The notes beneath the pieces are model-generated. The model had not been told where the DNA came from. It did not search any database and saw only the letters and a program-made list of their open reading frames with translations. From Ignavibacteria bacterium (GTDB lineage Bacteria > Bacteroidota > Ignavibacteria > Kapaibacteriales > UBA2268): a DNA stretch of 64,000 bases. Location of the stretch: contig JBBIJO010000003.1 of the NCBI GenBank assembly GCA_037445895.1, positions 14,109 through 78,108 of the forward strand, given 5' to 3'. Within the stretch, counting starts at the first letter, position 1. Each line of letters begins with the position of its first letter. Both the position numbers and the translations under genes were made by a program. Shown piece after piece: positions 29,301-39,108 of this stretch.

Positions 29301-30573
29301 TTCAAACTCAGCGATTGTAAATGATTTCGATAACAATGGAGTAAATGAGTTCGGTATTTCAAATTGGGATGGCTTGCGTTTCTATGAGTTAAATGTGAAA
29401 GTTAAACTGTTTACACCATCATTTCTCGATGGCTGGTTGGATTCCACCAATAAAATAAATCTTTATTGGGAAAAAGTTGAAAATGCCGATAAATACGAAA
29501 TTTACGAGGTTTTGCCGAATGGAAGTATTAACCTTGTTGGTATGAGCTATTCGAATGATTTTATGTTGGAAGTCGTTAATCCACCTAACTCTATCGAGTA
29601 TATAGTCCGTGGAATAAATGATAGTGGAAATTACGAGCCTAGTGATTTTACTAATCCAATACGAATTTACTTTTTTAAACCAACCCGTGCATTATCTGTC
29701 GCAGTTGTATCGCCAAAGCAAATAGAAATTCATTTTACGGGGAAACTTCCATTGGTTTTCGCAAACAAATCCGTAATTCAAATCTATGATGAGAATTTGA
29801 AAGAGATTGAGTTCGAAACACTTCAAAGAGCAAACGATACAATTCTAGTTGTGACATTTTTCCAAAAATTGTGGATTGGTAAATATTTAGCCCAAATTGG
29901 GAATTTTCGGGATTATTGGGGTAACCGAACGATTTCAGATGGTATTGAATTCGAAATAGACACAACAAATGTAGTTGATTCTTTGCTCTTTGTTCAAAAA
30001 TTTGAATTTGTAAATAACAATAAGATTAGACTATATTTCAACTCAGCTTTGGATTCTATTTCTGCTACAAACCTGTTGAATTATCGAATTGAACCTTTCG
30101 GAGAAATTGTTAATGTCGAACTCGGTCAAGATATTTCTTCGATACAAATAGAGCTTGGTTCGAATGTTAATATAGTTTCGCTTGGAGTTGACTTCTATCT
30201 TGTTTTGGGGAAAATTTACTCATTAGATTCGACTCGAATTGTTGTTCCACCATTTAATACTATCGCACTAACTCGCGAAGCTCAAGAAATTTCGCATGCT
30301 TTTGCCTATCCTAACCCAATAGATTTATCTAAAGATGAACAATTGACTTTCGCTAATATACCATCGAGTTCAATAGTTGAAATATATGATGCGTATTTCC
30401 GTAAAGTTTTGGAATTAAAGAATGATAGATGGAAAGGAGGGATTCAAATTGATATACGGAATCAAAATCGATTTACTTTTGAAAGTGGAATTTACTATTT
30501 TCGGGTTCGGAAGTTGAACGGTGATGGTATTGAAATTATTTCAAATTTGAAAAAATTTGCAGTAGTCCAATGA
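26323..30573 (+). CDS. Subtilisin-like (S8) serine protease with FG-GAP/VCBS-like repeats and a T9SS C-terminal sorting domain.
   Basis: TTG start with signal peptide. Catalytic triad motifs are GIIDTGID (Asp), HGHGTMVAG (His) and GTSFSAPVVSAG (Ser). Repeats: DSNGDGKLEV, DFNGDGKDELICFDD, DFDSDGNYELALF and DFDNNGVNEFGIS. The last 80 aa (GIYYFRVRKLNGDGIEIISNLKKFAVVQ) look like a Por-secretion-tail. Confidence 0.8.
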   Translation: MINVLRFCIAAIFFLASYNLNSGTFVVKFKKNFDSKLLNERFSNIKAHFSELQFSKMLQTSGNKLRISSQSLLSSNMANKLLGYYVLEIPDSLIARTLSEINSFPEIDFIEPNIKISIEQDNVRDSDLQKQWYINFVRAHEAWKKSTGKGIRVGIIDTGIDFEHEDLKNRIWINPQEDINHTGQFEPWPDSVKINGITGDLNRVDDDGNGFIDDIIGYDFVNQTYGNLGDYSIPDAIPFDEHGHGTMVAGVIAADINGMGIVGVAPGVKVVALRAFDLTGNAEIKDIANAIVYSALNGINVLNLSFGSQEYSRLLEDAISFAQSMGCIIVASAGNDGTIIPHYPSDFNGVISVGSITPDGTIANSSNFGPNVDIFAPGVEIYTTSLNNTYRYISGTSFSAPVVSAGCALLLSFDSTLKGEEILGILKATQKKILGKGMKYSHGYVDFAESVSFFGSSRFEILNIHNDDEFLKEEVITVPIQIFAYSPFFFQYNLYLYKNDTTLVQRLVERSSEQSIGNRFDFNIGNLDEGQYTLKLIATLRNGNQIEKSVRFFVYSRDSSIKVESLDWASCIYENRTFYVLVTSSNLPTFCRVIFFAKDGKKLLELSDETYSQSHFIPFLGIENIADRPLTFRILYTTKSGKEYSIDTAINEFGYNNPISYSKKFNTLPLSYLFNYTVPINSSRFDGLMINPYDNLNWKNLELYKFSDTGFAKLAELKEPWIPVDTGDSNGDGKLEVLTTLLGRTRLLQPAGEPQNYFDNVLFQSEPNSTLWAAKMKDFNGDGKDELICFDDTSILVISYEDGKYKTISRILPQDSFGVVGTKPNIQIADFDSDGNYELALFTTRGYLLIYQYDKALERFDLEYSLKTEGDPFSTAACIGKLKSNQNFSIFFIQSKYFEDKTHEQLKGSLWNLFKVDASSKDTYSITYEKSFYGVRSGSIPQGIFYRNGINAGNLDKEEGDELLVSLFPNFYVLKFGADSIGFTPILWIPFVYSNSAIVNDFDNNGVNEFGISNWDGLRFYELNVKVKLFTPSFLDGWLDSTNKINLYWEKVENADKYEIYEVLPNGSINLVGMSYSNDFMLEVVNPPNSIEYIVRGINDSGNYEPSDFTNPIRIYFFKPTRALSVAVVSPKQIEIHFTGKLPLVFANKSVIQIYDENLKEIEFETLQRANDTILVVTFFQKLWIGKYLAQIGNFRDYWGNRTISDGIEFEIDTTNVVDSLLFVQKFEFVNNNKIRLYFNSALDSISATNLLNYRIEPFGEIVNVELGQDISSIQIELGSNVNIVSLGVDFYLVLGKIYSLDSTRIVVPPFNTIALTREAQEISHAFAYPNPIDLSKDEQLTFANIPSSSIVEIYDAYFRKVLELKNDRWKGGIQIDIRNQNRFTFESGIYYFRVRKLNGDGIEIISNLKKFAVVQ

Positions 30574-31055
30574 AATTAGTTCTTTTCATCCTTATTGTTT
30601 CTTTCGTGGGTGGGACCGCGTGCCAGGATGGATTAAGCCCCGACTTTGGAAAAAAGGAGGGTAATATTTATGGGAATTTAATTATTGTTTCGGGAACCGA
30701 TAGTTGGCCCAGCCCGGATTCTGCTTTAGAGTTAAGGGTTGTTGCTTTCAAGGAGTATCCACCGAAAGATATAATTGGCGAAATTGTTTCTGGTAATGCC
30801 TACTTTACCGATACTTTACCACGTTTCGTCGATACTATTCCTTTTTCTTTGAAGATAGACACTCCCCCAGTCGAGTTGAAATACATTGTTGGAGCATTAC
30901 GTTATGGCTCGCTTGTTCAATGGAAAGTAATCGGGGTTTATACTTTGGATACTTCTTCGAAGCAGCCGGCTACGATTTTTGTCCAACGAGGCGATTTAAT
31001 AAACAAAATAAACATTTATGTTGATTTTTACAATCTGCCCGAACAACCTTTTTGA
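30570..31055 (+). CDS. Small lipoprotein, function unknown.
   Basis: 161 aa with signal peptide and Cys (VGGTAC). ATGA overlaps at both ends imply translational coupling with the protease and the TonB receptor. Confidence 0.5.
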   Translation: MKLVLFILIVSFVGGTACQDGLSPDFGKKEGNIYGNLIIVSGTDSWPSPDSALELRVVAFKEYPPKDIIGEIVSGNAYFTDTLPRFVDTIPFSLKIDTPPVELKYIVGALRYGSLVQWKVIGVYTLDTSSKQPATIFVQRGDLINKINIYVDFYNLPEQPF

Positions 31056-33244
31056 TTGATATGGGTTCGAGAACTGTTTTTATATTTTGTATTTTTCTAT
31101 TGAGTTTGAAAGTTTTGGCATACGATTTTGTCGGATTCGTTTTCGATAAAAATTCGAATCGTCCGCTCGTTGGAGTAACTGTTCGGCTCGAAGGGACAAA
31201 TTACGGGACAATTTCCAACAAAAGCGGATTTTTTCGGCTGACTAATCTACCAAAAGGTGAATTTAACATTATCGTTAGTGCAGTTGGATACGACAGCTTT
31301 CACGGTAGGATTAGCATCCCGTTTATTGATACATTAAAAATTTTTCTTGCCGAGAAAACACTTAGAACAGACGAGGTTGTAGTTTCTGCAACAAAAAGAT
31401 TGCAAGCGGTCCAAGAGGTGCCGGTTAGTGTTTCGGTTATTTCCGAAGAGTTTTTTCAAAAGAGAAATTATTTGCGTTTCGACGAAGCGCTTAGAAATAC
31501 TTCGGGAGTAATAGTGAACAAGGACAATATTAATATTCGCGGTTCTTCGGGGTTCTCACTTGGCTTGGGTTCAAGGGTTGCTTACCTTGTCGATGGATTA
31601 CCTTTCCTTTCTGGCGACAATGCCGATGCAAAATTTGATATTGTCCCCGTCGAAATGATTAATCGAGTGGAAATTGTTAAAGGTTCGGGCTCTGCATTGT
31701 ATGGCTCGAGTGCGATAGGTGGAGTTGTGAATATATTAACGAAAGAACCAACAGACACGACTGCTTATAACATTAGCCTGCAAGGTGGGGTTTATACTAA
31801 ACCTAAATATAAACAGTGGGTATATACAAATAAACTGACTTCTAAAAGCTCTATTAGTGGTTATTATTCGTCGGATTTGGGATATTTTAAACTTGGTTGT
31901 GGAGGCTACGTCTTAAACGATGAAAGCTATAGAAAATATGATAAAAGTTTGCGAGGGAATATCTTTGCTAAACTAAGCAAGGAATTTAGGAATTACGGGA
32001 AACTTATGATTTTTGGTTTTTTTGCTTCGGATAAAAGAGATGATTGGGTGTATTGGAATAGTTTGGACAGTGCAACTATACCTCCAACAAATACAGATTT
32101 GAACCGAAAGTTGCTTTCGAACAAAGGGAGTTTATCGTTGGATTTTAAATTAATAGTTACCGAAAAGACATTTGCGAACATTCGAAGTTCGCTTTACAGC
32201 ACGGATCTATCGATGAATATTCCTTTAAATAATCCAGAATATCGGCAAAGTTCAGCATATAGTTTCAACAACGAGTTACAGTTTAACCATCATTTCCCTA
32301 ATAATATCTTTTTAACTTATGGGTTGAATTATATTCATAATTGGGTAAAATCTAACATCTATGGTTCTCATAAGCAAAACTGGTTGTCTTCCTACGCACA
32401 AGTTGAGCTTTCGAACTTGGATGGCTTGATTATTACTCTTGGAGATAGATTAGATGTTGAAAAATCTGATTCCACCGACACGCAAGTAGAAATTTCCCCT
32501 AAATTGGGGATAAACTACTTATTAGATAAAAGCAACAGCTTGCGTTGCTCGATTGGTCGCGGATTTCGAAGCCCATCGTTAGCCGAAAGATTCTCGTCGA
32601 TTAAATACAGCGGTTTCGAAGTTGTTCCAAACATTGGGTTGAAGTCGGAAAAATCGTGGTTTGCCGAGATAGGCTCTTTGTTAGAATTTCAGGATTGGTT
32701 TTTTCCTACGCAATTTGATTTTGCTTTGTTTTATACTAGATACAACGACTTAATCGAACCGCAATTCGATTTAACGTTGCCAAAACCTGTAATAAAGTTC
32801 CAAAATATTACCAATGCAGAAATCTTTGGAACTGAATTTTATTTGCGAACTTTGCTGTTTCATACCTTACCTTTTACTTTTGGGTTAACCTTTCTCGAGC
32901 CAAGAGATATTGATTCTGCAACGATTTTGAAGTATCGACCAAAGTGGAGTATTGTAACCTCGCTCGCGTTGCCTTATGATAATCTCAATTTTGTTGCCGA
33001 TTTTCGCTATATTAGCAAAATAGACAGAATAGATGAATCACTTCGTATCCAGGTATCTGATTACGATGCACGCGTTCCAATCTATGTGTTAGATTTTTCT
33101 TTGCTCGTCGATTTGAGGAAATACAAGTTACCTTTCCAAGTGAATCTTAGTGTTCAAAATGCTTTAGACTATTATTACGTCGAAATGGTTGGAAATCTGG
33201 CAATGACGAGATTGGTTAGCCTAAAGGTTCAATATTTAAAATAA
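31052..33244 (+). CDS. TonB-dependent receptor with an N-terminal carboxypeptidase-regulatory-like domain.
   Basis: Signal peptide, CarbopepD_reg-like segment (FVGFVFDKNSNRPLVGVTVRLEGTNYGT), plug motifs (DEVVVSATK, NIRGSSG, YLVDGLP, IEIVKGSGSALYGSSAIGGVVNI), about 730 aa. There is no SusD partner. Confidence 0.75.
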   Translation: MIDMGSRTVFIFCIFLLSLKVLAYDFVGFVFDKNSNRPLVGVTVRLEGTNYGTISNKSGFFRLTNLPKGEFNIIVSAVGYDSFHGRISIPFIDTLKIFLAEKTLRTDEVVVSATKRLQAVQEVPVSVSVISEEFFQKRNYLRFDEALRNTSGVIVNKDNINIRGSSGFSLGLGSRVAYLVDGLPFLSGDNADAKFDIVPVEMINRVEIVKGSGSALYGSSAIGGVVNILTKEPTDTTAYNISLQGGVYTKPKYKQWVYTNKLTSKSSISGYYSSDLGYFKLGCGGYVLNDESYRKYDKSLRGNIFAKLSKEFRNYGKLMIFGFFASDKRDDWVYWNSLDSATIPPTNTDLNRKLLSNKGSLSLDFKLIVTEKTFANIRSSLYSTDLSMNIPLNNPEYRQSSAYSFNNELQFNHHFPNNIFLTYGLNYIHNWVKSNIYGSHKQNWLSSYAQVELSNLDGLIITLGDRLDVEKSDSTDTQVEISPKLGINYLLDKSNSLRCSIGRGFRSPSLAERFSSIKYSGFEVVPNIGLKSEKSWFAEIGSLLEFQDWFFPTQFDFALFYTRYNDLIEPQFDLTLPKPVIKFQNITNAEIFGTEFYLRTLLFHTLPFTFGLTFLEPRDIDSATILKYRPKWSIVTSLALPYDNLNFVADFRYISKIDRIDESLRIQVSDYDARVPIYVLDFSLLVDLRKYKLPFQVNLSVQNALDYYYVEMVGNLAMTRLVSLKVQYLK

Positions 33245-33401
33245 TGCCTAGATTGCCTATCTTGGTCGAATTTCTAAATTCTGTGAAATTGGACAATTCA
33301 TTAAAGTAATAATCTATTGAATATTTGTAATAAAACTGAAGCCAATGGTTTTCTTTTTTAACTGTTCGTTATTAAATTGCATTTTTATTCTATAAGTGTA
33401 A

Positions 33402-36400
33402 ATGACTAAATTTAAATGGATAATTATTCAAGCACTTTTCTTTATACTTAGCTACTTTTCTTTTTCACAAAAAGTTGTTGTGAGCGAGTACTATAATATT
33501 ACGGGTATTCCAAATGGAGAATGGACTGAACTTTTAGTTGTGCAAGACAATATAGATATTGTTGGTTTTACACTGCGCGATAATTCTGGGTCAACAGGGG
33601 TGCCAGTTCAATGGACTGGCGGCATTCGATTCAAAAACCATCCACTTTGGAGGAATCTTCGTTCTGGAACAATTATTGTTATTAATCATCGCTATTCTGC
33701 TTCGCAACGAGTTGATGTTGATAAACGCGATGGTTACATTGAAATAGACGCAGAAAATGAGACTTACTTCGAAAAAAGGTGCTTTAGTTGTGTTGTTGGT
33801 ATCGATTGGAACCAGAAAGCTTTGAATATTGCACAAGGAAGCGATATCCTTGAAATTATTGATAATAATGATAACCACGTTCACGCATTAGCACATATGC
33901 CTAATGCTTCGGGAAGCTGGCTCAATTTGCCGCCTCCAAAGATTTCCTACAATGGAAAAATTCCACAGGGAGGCGTTAGTGTTCAAGTTTGCCCCGGAAG
34001 GAATATTACATCTTATAACAAAGGATTTGATGTATTAAACGAGGAGGTTGTGCAATCTTTGGATTATGTTACCAAAGGTAAACCAAATAATCGAAGTAGT
34101 GCCATTGATGTGAATCAATTGTTCTGGCGTAATCTTCGTGAACCAGAATGGAATTCACCTAATTTAAATGCACGCATATTCAGGGATAAGGTTTTACTAT
34201 TATGGAATTCTATAAATGACCCAAACCCAAACGACAGTGTCAATGGATATTTAATCATACGAATACCATCGGAAGAATTGAGCCAGATACAAACTCCAGT
34301 CGATGGTCGAATATATAACGTTGGCGATAAGCTTGGTTCCGCAACCGTGGTGGGAATTGTGAATTTTTCGCAAACAACAAGTTTTGTCGATAAGTTTGCC
34401 ATTCCTTGCGATACAAGCTATACTTATAGAATTTATGCTTTCCGGTATCGTGCAGATGATTTCGGAGAGGACTCGCGTGCTGTTTACGCTCGTGGACGTT
34501 CTTACAACGAACATGTTGTTGGAGAAACCAACGTTTTTAAACAATTACCTCCGACACCGATTTTAAGTATAAAGGAAAATAAAAATAGGTTCTGCAAAGG
34601 CGATAGTACAATTATTTTTATTTCGAATGGCGAATTGCTGCGGGATATGAAAATTGAATGGTTCGTTGACGACAAAGTTATTCCTAACGAAAATAATATA
34701 TTAATTAAAGCAAAAACCGGAGGAACATACAAAGTAAAAGTTACCGATTCTTTAAATTGTCCTTCTTGGTCGGAACGCATAAATATTGACGTTCTTGCAT
34801 TTCCACAAGTTAACCTTATGGTAAATTCTGTAGTAGTGAACAATGATACTTCGTTTGTCGTATGTAAAGACGATACTGTAATTCTTGTTGCACACGGTTG
34901 GTCCAATTACAAATGGTTCAAAAATGGTAAATTGGTCCAGGAAGGAAATCGCTCGACCTTTAATGTAGTAGAAACGGGAAGTTATCGTCTCGAGGCAACT
35001 AACAACCTTTGCACGACGAAAACCCCTGTGGTGACAGTTAAGTTTCTGGACCAGCGTGCTGAATTTAATTACGATACCTTAAATTTTTATGCTGCCAAGG
35101 ATGTGCCATACGTAGATACTACAGTTATTTATTATAATCTTTCAGCCGATACGATTTTTGTTAGTTCATATAGTTTTGAAGGAAGCGGTTTTGAGTTAAT
35201 CACCCCTAAAGTCCCATTTGTAGTTCTTCCTTACGGGGATGTTAACCTTGTTACAAGATTCCATCCCACAATGTCGGGAGTGTTTGTTTCGAAACTGATT
35301 TTGAGAAAGGAATGTGGTGTTTCCGATACTTTATTTCTAAGTGGTGTAAAAAAGTTTGGCGATTTAGGCAGTTCTACCGATGTTTTGGATTTTGGGATAA
35401 TTCCACTGTGCTATGACTATGGAATAGATACAACTTTGAGAATTTACAATCGTAGCTTGGAACTTGTTGAACTCCGAAATTTTGAGATTTATGCCCCGTT
35501 TGTAGTTTTAAGTCCTTCGTTCCCAACTTCTATTTTTCCACAAGATAGCCTCGATATAACGATTCGTTTCGCTGTTAACCAAGAGGGTAGATTCCAAGTT
35601 CCATTAAATATTGTTTATCGAATTAACAATATTTTCGACACTTTAAAATTACTGGTAAAAGGAGATGTAGATTATCCAAAATATGAAATTAGAAAGGATT
35701 TCAACGAACCATTGGTTTTTGGGGAATGTGTAAGTTCGATGGATACTTCTTTTACGATAGTTAATAATTCCAAGTTTCGATTGGAATATGTTTTCGATAA
35801 TCAGGAGAATACTGTTCAATTGTCTTCAAAAAGTGTAGTTCTTGAACCGTATAGTATTGCGAGTATTCCGGTTACCATACGTCCAATCAAGACAGGGATT
35901 GCAGTTTCTAAACTTTTTTGCTACGTATCTCCTTGTGGAATCAGAGATTCTGTTGAATTTCTTGTCGATAAAAAAGGAGTTCTAATTTCTTTTCCCGAAA
36001 TGACAATAGACTTTGGGGATATTTTTGTTTGCAACATCGATTCAATACGTGCTCGAAAAGTTTCGGTTTCTATTGACGGAGATACTTTGGGGTTAGTTCG
36101 AATACGTTCGATACGAGTAGAGGGGAGTTTTTCCTCGAATACTTCTGCTGGAGCAAAATTGAAAAATGGCGAAGAAATTGAAGTTAGTTTTACTCCCGAT
36201 TCTTCTGGCTATTACGAAGGGGAAATTACTTTTCTTTTGGAACCCTGTCTGGATGAATATAAGTTTGAACTTAAAGGAAGATATGTTAAAGGTAATTATA
36301 AATTAAGTTCTAAAATTCTTGATTTTGATTTTGTGGAAATTGGCTTGTTCGAAACTAAGAAGGTGGTTGTCGAGAATACTTCCAACCAAATAATTTATAT

Positions 36401-37358
36401 TGTTGGAATTTCCGATGTTCTTTCGCCGTTTGAACTGGTTGCATCCAAGACTTTCCCCATTATGCTAAAACCCAACGAAAGCATAAATTTAATTTTCAAA
36501 TTTATACCTATTCAAGTAGGTGATTTTATGCAAACAATTTATATTGATTTTGGCTCGCCTTGTTTTGTTATGGATTCCATTGAATTATTCGGGAAAGGAA
36601 TTGAACCACAGCCCAACATTATTACTCTTGCACTCCCATCTATAGAATCAAAACCTATGAAAATTTTACAGATTCCAATATATCTCGAAGTATCGGAAGA
36701 AAAAAGAATTCGGCTATTTCGATTGGAATTCGATATTAACTTCAACTTCTCGCTCTTCGATTTTTATAAAATCGATTTAAATTATAATTTTGATAATGTC
36801 GATACGATTAGGACGTTAGGAAAAGTTTCTTTTCGGTTAGATTTCGATACAAACTCGTTTGTAAGAAGTGGAGTGATTGGATATTTAGTCGGAAGGGTAA
36901 TGTTAGGTGATGAAAAAAGTACACCACTTACCTTCGCCAATGTTGAAGCTTTGGGGAAAGGCGAAATTCGTGTTGAACAACGGAATGGAAAAATTACTTT
37001 GGACAGTATCTGTGCTTTGGATTTAAGGTTAATTTCAACCGAAACTTTGCCAAACGTCACTTTCAAAAAATTTGAAAATGATGGAATATCCTTCGAGGTG
37101 AGCTCTTCCAAAGGTTGGAATAAATTGCACATCAAGGTTATAAACTTGTTGGGTCAAATTGTTTATTCAGATACGAGAAACATTAGGTCTGCAAGTATCG
37201 ACGAACTTACAATACCAGATTCGGAACTGCCCGACGGATTTTATATTTTTGTTTTCGAGTTCATTAGCGAAAATAATTACTATTTACCACAGACTTTGAA
37301 GGCTTTAATAGCAAAAGGAACCTTTCTTGTCTTGTCTTCTACTACAACAACACATTAA
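33402..37358 (+). CDS. Large (1318 aa) cell-surface protein: N-terminal lamin-tail-domain, multiple Ig-like/beta-sandwich modules, T9SS C-terminal sorting domain.
   Basis: Signal peptide. LTD-like segment VVVSEYYNITGIPNGEWTELLVVQDNIDIVGFTLRDNSG...GTIIVI. C-terminal KVINLLGQIVYSD...LPDGFYIFVFEF resembles the T9SS CTD motif. Confidence 0.65.
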   Translation: MTKFKWIIIQALFFILSYFSFSQKVVVSEYYNITGIPNGEWTELLVVQDNIDIVGFTLRDNSGSTGVPVQWTGGIRFKNHPLWRNLRSGTIIVINHRYSASQRVDVDKRDGYIEIDAENETYFEKRCFSCVVGIDWNQKALNIAQGSDILEIIDNNDNHVHALAHMPNASGSWLNLPPPKISYNGKIPQGGVSVQVCPGRNITSYNKGFDVLNEEVVQSLDYVTKGKPNNRSSAIDVNQLFWRNLREPEWNSPNLNARIFRDKVLLLWNSINDPNPNDSVNGYLIIRIPSEELSQIQTPVDGRIYNVGDKLGSATVVGIVNFSQTTSFVDKFAIPCDTSYTYRIYAFRYRADDFGEDSRAVYARGRSYNEHVVGETNVFKQLPPTPILSIKENKNRFCKGDSTIIFISNGELLRDMKIEWFVDDKVIPNENNILIKAKTGGTYKVKVTDSLNCPSWSERINIDVLAFPQVNLMVNSVVVNNDTSFVVCKDDTVILVAHGWSNYKWFKNGKLVQEGNRSTFNVVETGSYRLEATNNLCTTKTPVVTVKFLDQRAEFNYDTLNFYAAKDVPYVDTTVIYYNLSADTIFVSSYSFEGSGFELITPKVPFVVLPYGDVNLVTRFHPTMSGVFVSKLILRKECGVSDTLFLSGVKKFGDLGSSTDVLDFGIIPLCYDYGIDTTLRIYNRSLELVELRNFEIYAPFVVLSPSFPTSIFPQDSLDITIRFAVNQEGRFQVPLNIVYRINNIFDTLKLLVKGDVDYPKYEIRKDFNEPLVFGECVSSMDTSFTIVNNSKFRLEYVFDNQENTVQLSSKSVVLEPYSIASIPVTIRPIKTGIAVSKLFCYVSPCGIRDSVEFLVDKKGVLISFPEMTIDFGDIFVCNIDSIRARKVSVSIDGDTLGLVRIRSIRVEGSFSSNTSAGAKLKNGEEIEVSFTPDSSGYYEGEITFLLEPCLDEYKFELKGRYVKGNYKLSSKILDFDFVEIGLFETKKVVVENTSNQIIYIVGISDVLSPFELVASKTFPIMLKPNESINLIFKFIPIQVGDFMQTIYIDFGSPCFVMDSIELFGKGIEPQPNIITLALPSIESKPMKILQIPIYLEVSEEKRIRLFRLEFDINFNFSLFDFYKIDLNYNFDNVDTIRTLGKVSFRLDFDTNSFVRSGVIGYLVGRVMLGDEKSTPLTFANVEALGKGEIRVEQRNGKITLDSICALDLRLISTETLPNVTFKKFENDGISFEVSSSKGWNKLHIKVINLLGQIVYSDTRNIRSASIDELTIPDSELPDGFYIFVFEFISENNYYLPQTLKALIAKGTFLVLSSTTTTH

Positions 37359-37530
37359 TTACAAAAATTAAATTTAGTTGCCAATTTAGTTTATATAATT
37401 TTTTAGTTATATTACTTTTTGGTAATTTAGTGTTTGAATTTTGGTGGTAGTGCGATATGATACAGATTGATAGGAATATTTATTTACAAAGTTTATCGAT
37501 AGATTTTTATCCTTTGTGGAGAGCTAGCAT

Positions 37531-39108
37531 ATGAGAAAGATATTTATTATTATTGCTATTTTTTCTTTTCTTGCTTTTATAGTTTTAAACACAGTTTTTC
37601 GTACTTGGGATGTTCAATCTCCTTTGGAAAAATTGAAAGAACAATACGAAAATAAGGAAGACACGAAAGCCGTCGATCACTCGCAATTTTCAATATTGAA
37701 GCAAGTATTCGAACACCCTTCGGAAGTAACGAAAGCTTGCGTCAGTTGCCATAACCTTACATCTCATCAAGTAATGAACTCGAGCCACTGGAATTGGGAG
37801 CGCGAAGAATATGTAAAAGGAAAGGGTGTAGTTTATTTAGGGAAAAAGAATGCCATTAATAATTTTTGCATTTCTTCGGAAGGTAACGAACCAAGTTGTG
37901 CGAAGTGCCACATTGGGTTTGGTATGGATAGCAAAGGCAAAGTGTTTACCGATTCGGTAAACATTGACTGTTTGGTTTGCCACGACAATACAGAAACTTA
38001 TAGTAAAGCACCCGAAAAAGGGGGAGCGCCTTCGGAAACGGTAAACCTTAGTTTTGTTGCACAAAATGTTGGGAGACCCCGAAGATCTAATTGTGGAATT
38101 TGTCATTTTTATGGTGGTGGTGGAAATAATGTTAAGCATGGTGATCTTGAAAAGGCAATGTTTGAACCGACCAAAGAGATAGATGTTCATATGGGTGTTG
38201 ACGGTGCTAATATGCAGTGTGTTGATTGCCACGTAACTAAACAACATAATATTTCGGGAAGGCTTTATTCTCTTTCTTCGATGAACCGCAACAGGGTATT
38301 TTGCGAACAATGTCACTTGTCGGAACCACACACCGACGAAATACTTAATGAACATACTCTTAAAGTGTCGTGCCAAACTTGTCATATTCCTATTTATGCA
38401 AAAGTCAACGCGACGAAAACTTATTGGGACTGGTCAACCGCTGGGAAACTTCGAAATGGACAACCATACGTTGAGGAAGATAGTGTAGGAAATGACAAAT
38501 ATATGTCGATAAAGGGAACTTTTGTTTGGGGAAAAAATCTTAGACCCGATTATATTTGGTTTAATGGAAGTGCAACTCATTATTTAAAAGGGGATATTAT
38601 AGAGGATACGACAAAAGTTGTTGTATTAAATAAGTTGTTTGGTTCGTATTCCGATTGGGAGTCGAAAATTTACCCTGTAAAAACTTTTCGTGCTAAGCAA
38701 CCATTCGACCCGATTAATAAAATCCTTATTAGCCCAAAACTTTATGCTGAACGGAAAGGCGAAGGTGGATTCTGGAAGGATTTCGATTGGATAAAGTCTT
38801 CCGAAATAGGTATGAAATTAGCAAATTTGCCTTTTAGCGGGAAGGTGTCGTTTATTGAAACAGAAATGTACTGGCCTGTCAACCATATGGTGGCACCGAA
38901 GGGACAAAGTTTACAATGTAAGAGTTGCCATACACGGAATGGATCTCGTTTGGCTGGTTTGACCGATTTTTACTTGCCGGGGCGCGATAGCTCTGCGACT
39001 GTAGAATTTATAGGCAAATGGCTTGTTATTTTGGTTTTTATAGGTGTTGTTTTTCATGGAAGTTTAAGAATTTATAATAATTTTCGCAATAAACAGGAGA
39101 TGAATTGA
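37531..39108 (+). CDS. Octaheme c-type cytochrome, membrane-anchored (tetrathionate-reductase OTR or HAO-like family).
   Basis: Eight CxxCH motifs (CVSCH, CAKCH, CLVCH, CGICH, CVDCH, CEQCH, CQTCH, CKSCH). N-terminal signal peptide and C-terminal TM helix (WLVILVFIGVVF). RBS GGAGAG. Confidence 0.8.
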   Translation: MRKIFIIIAIFSFLAFIVLNTVFRTWDVQSPLEKLKEQYENKEDTKAVDHSQFSILKQVFEHPSEVTKACVSCHNLTSHQVMNSSHWNWEREEYVKGKGVVYLGKKNAINNFCISSEGNEPSCAKCHIGFGMDSKGKVFTDSVNIDCLVCHDNTETYSKAPEKGGAPSETVNLSFVAQNVGRPRRSNCGICHFYGGGGNNVKHGDLEKAMFEPTKEIDVHMGVDGANMQCVDCHVTKQHNISGRLYSLSSMNRNRVFCEQCHLSEPHTDEILNEHTLKVSCQTCHIPIYAKVNATKTYWDWSTAGKLRNGQPYVEEDSVGNDKYMSIKGTFVWGKNLRPDYIWFNGSATHYLKGDIIEDTTKVVVLNKLFGSYSDWESKIYPVKTFRAKQPFDPINKILISPKLYAERKGEGGFWKDFDWIKSSEIGMKLANLPFSGKVSFIETEMYWPVNHMVAPKGQSLQCKSCHTRNGSRLAGLTDFYLPGRDSSATVEFIGKWLVILVFIGVVFHGSLRIYNNFRNKQEMN

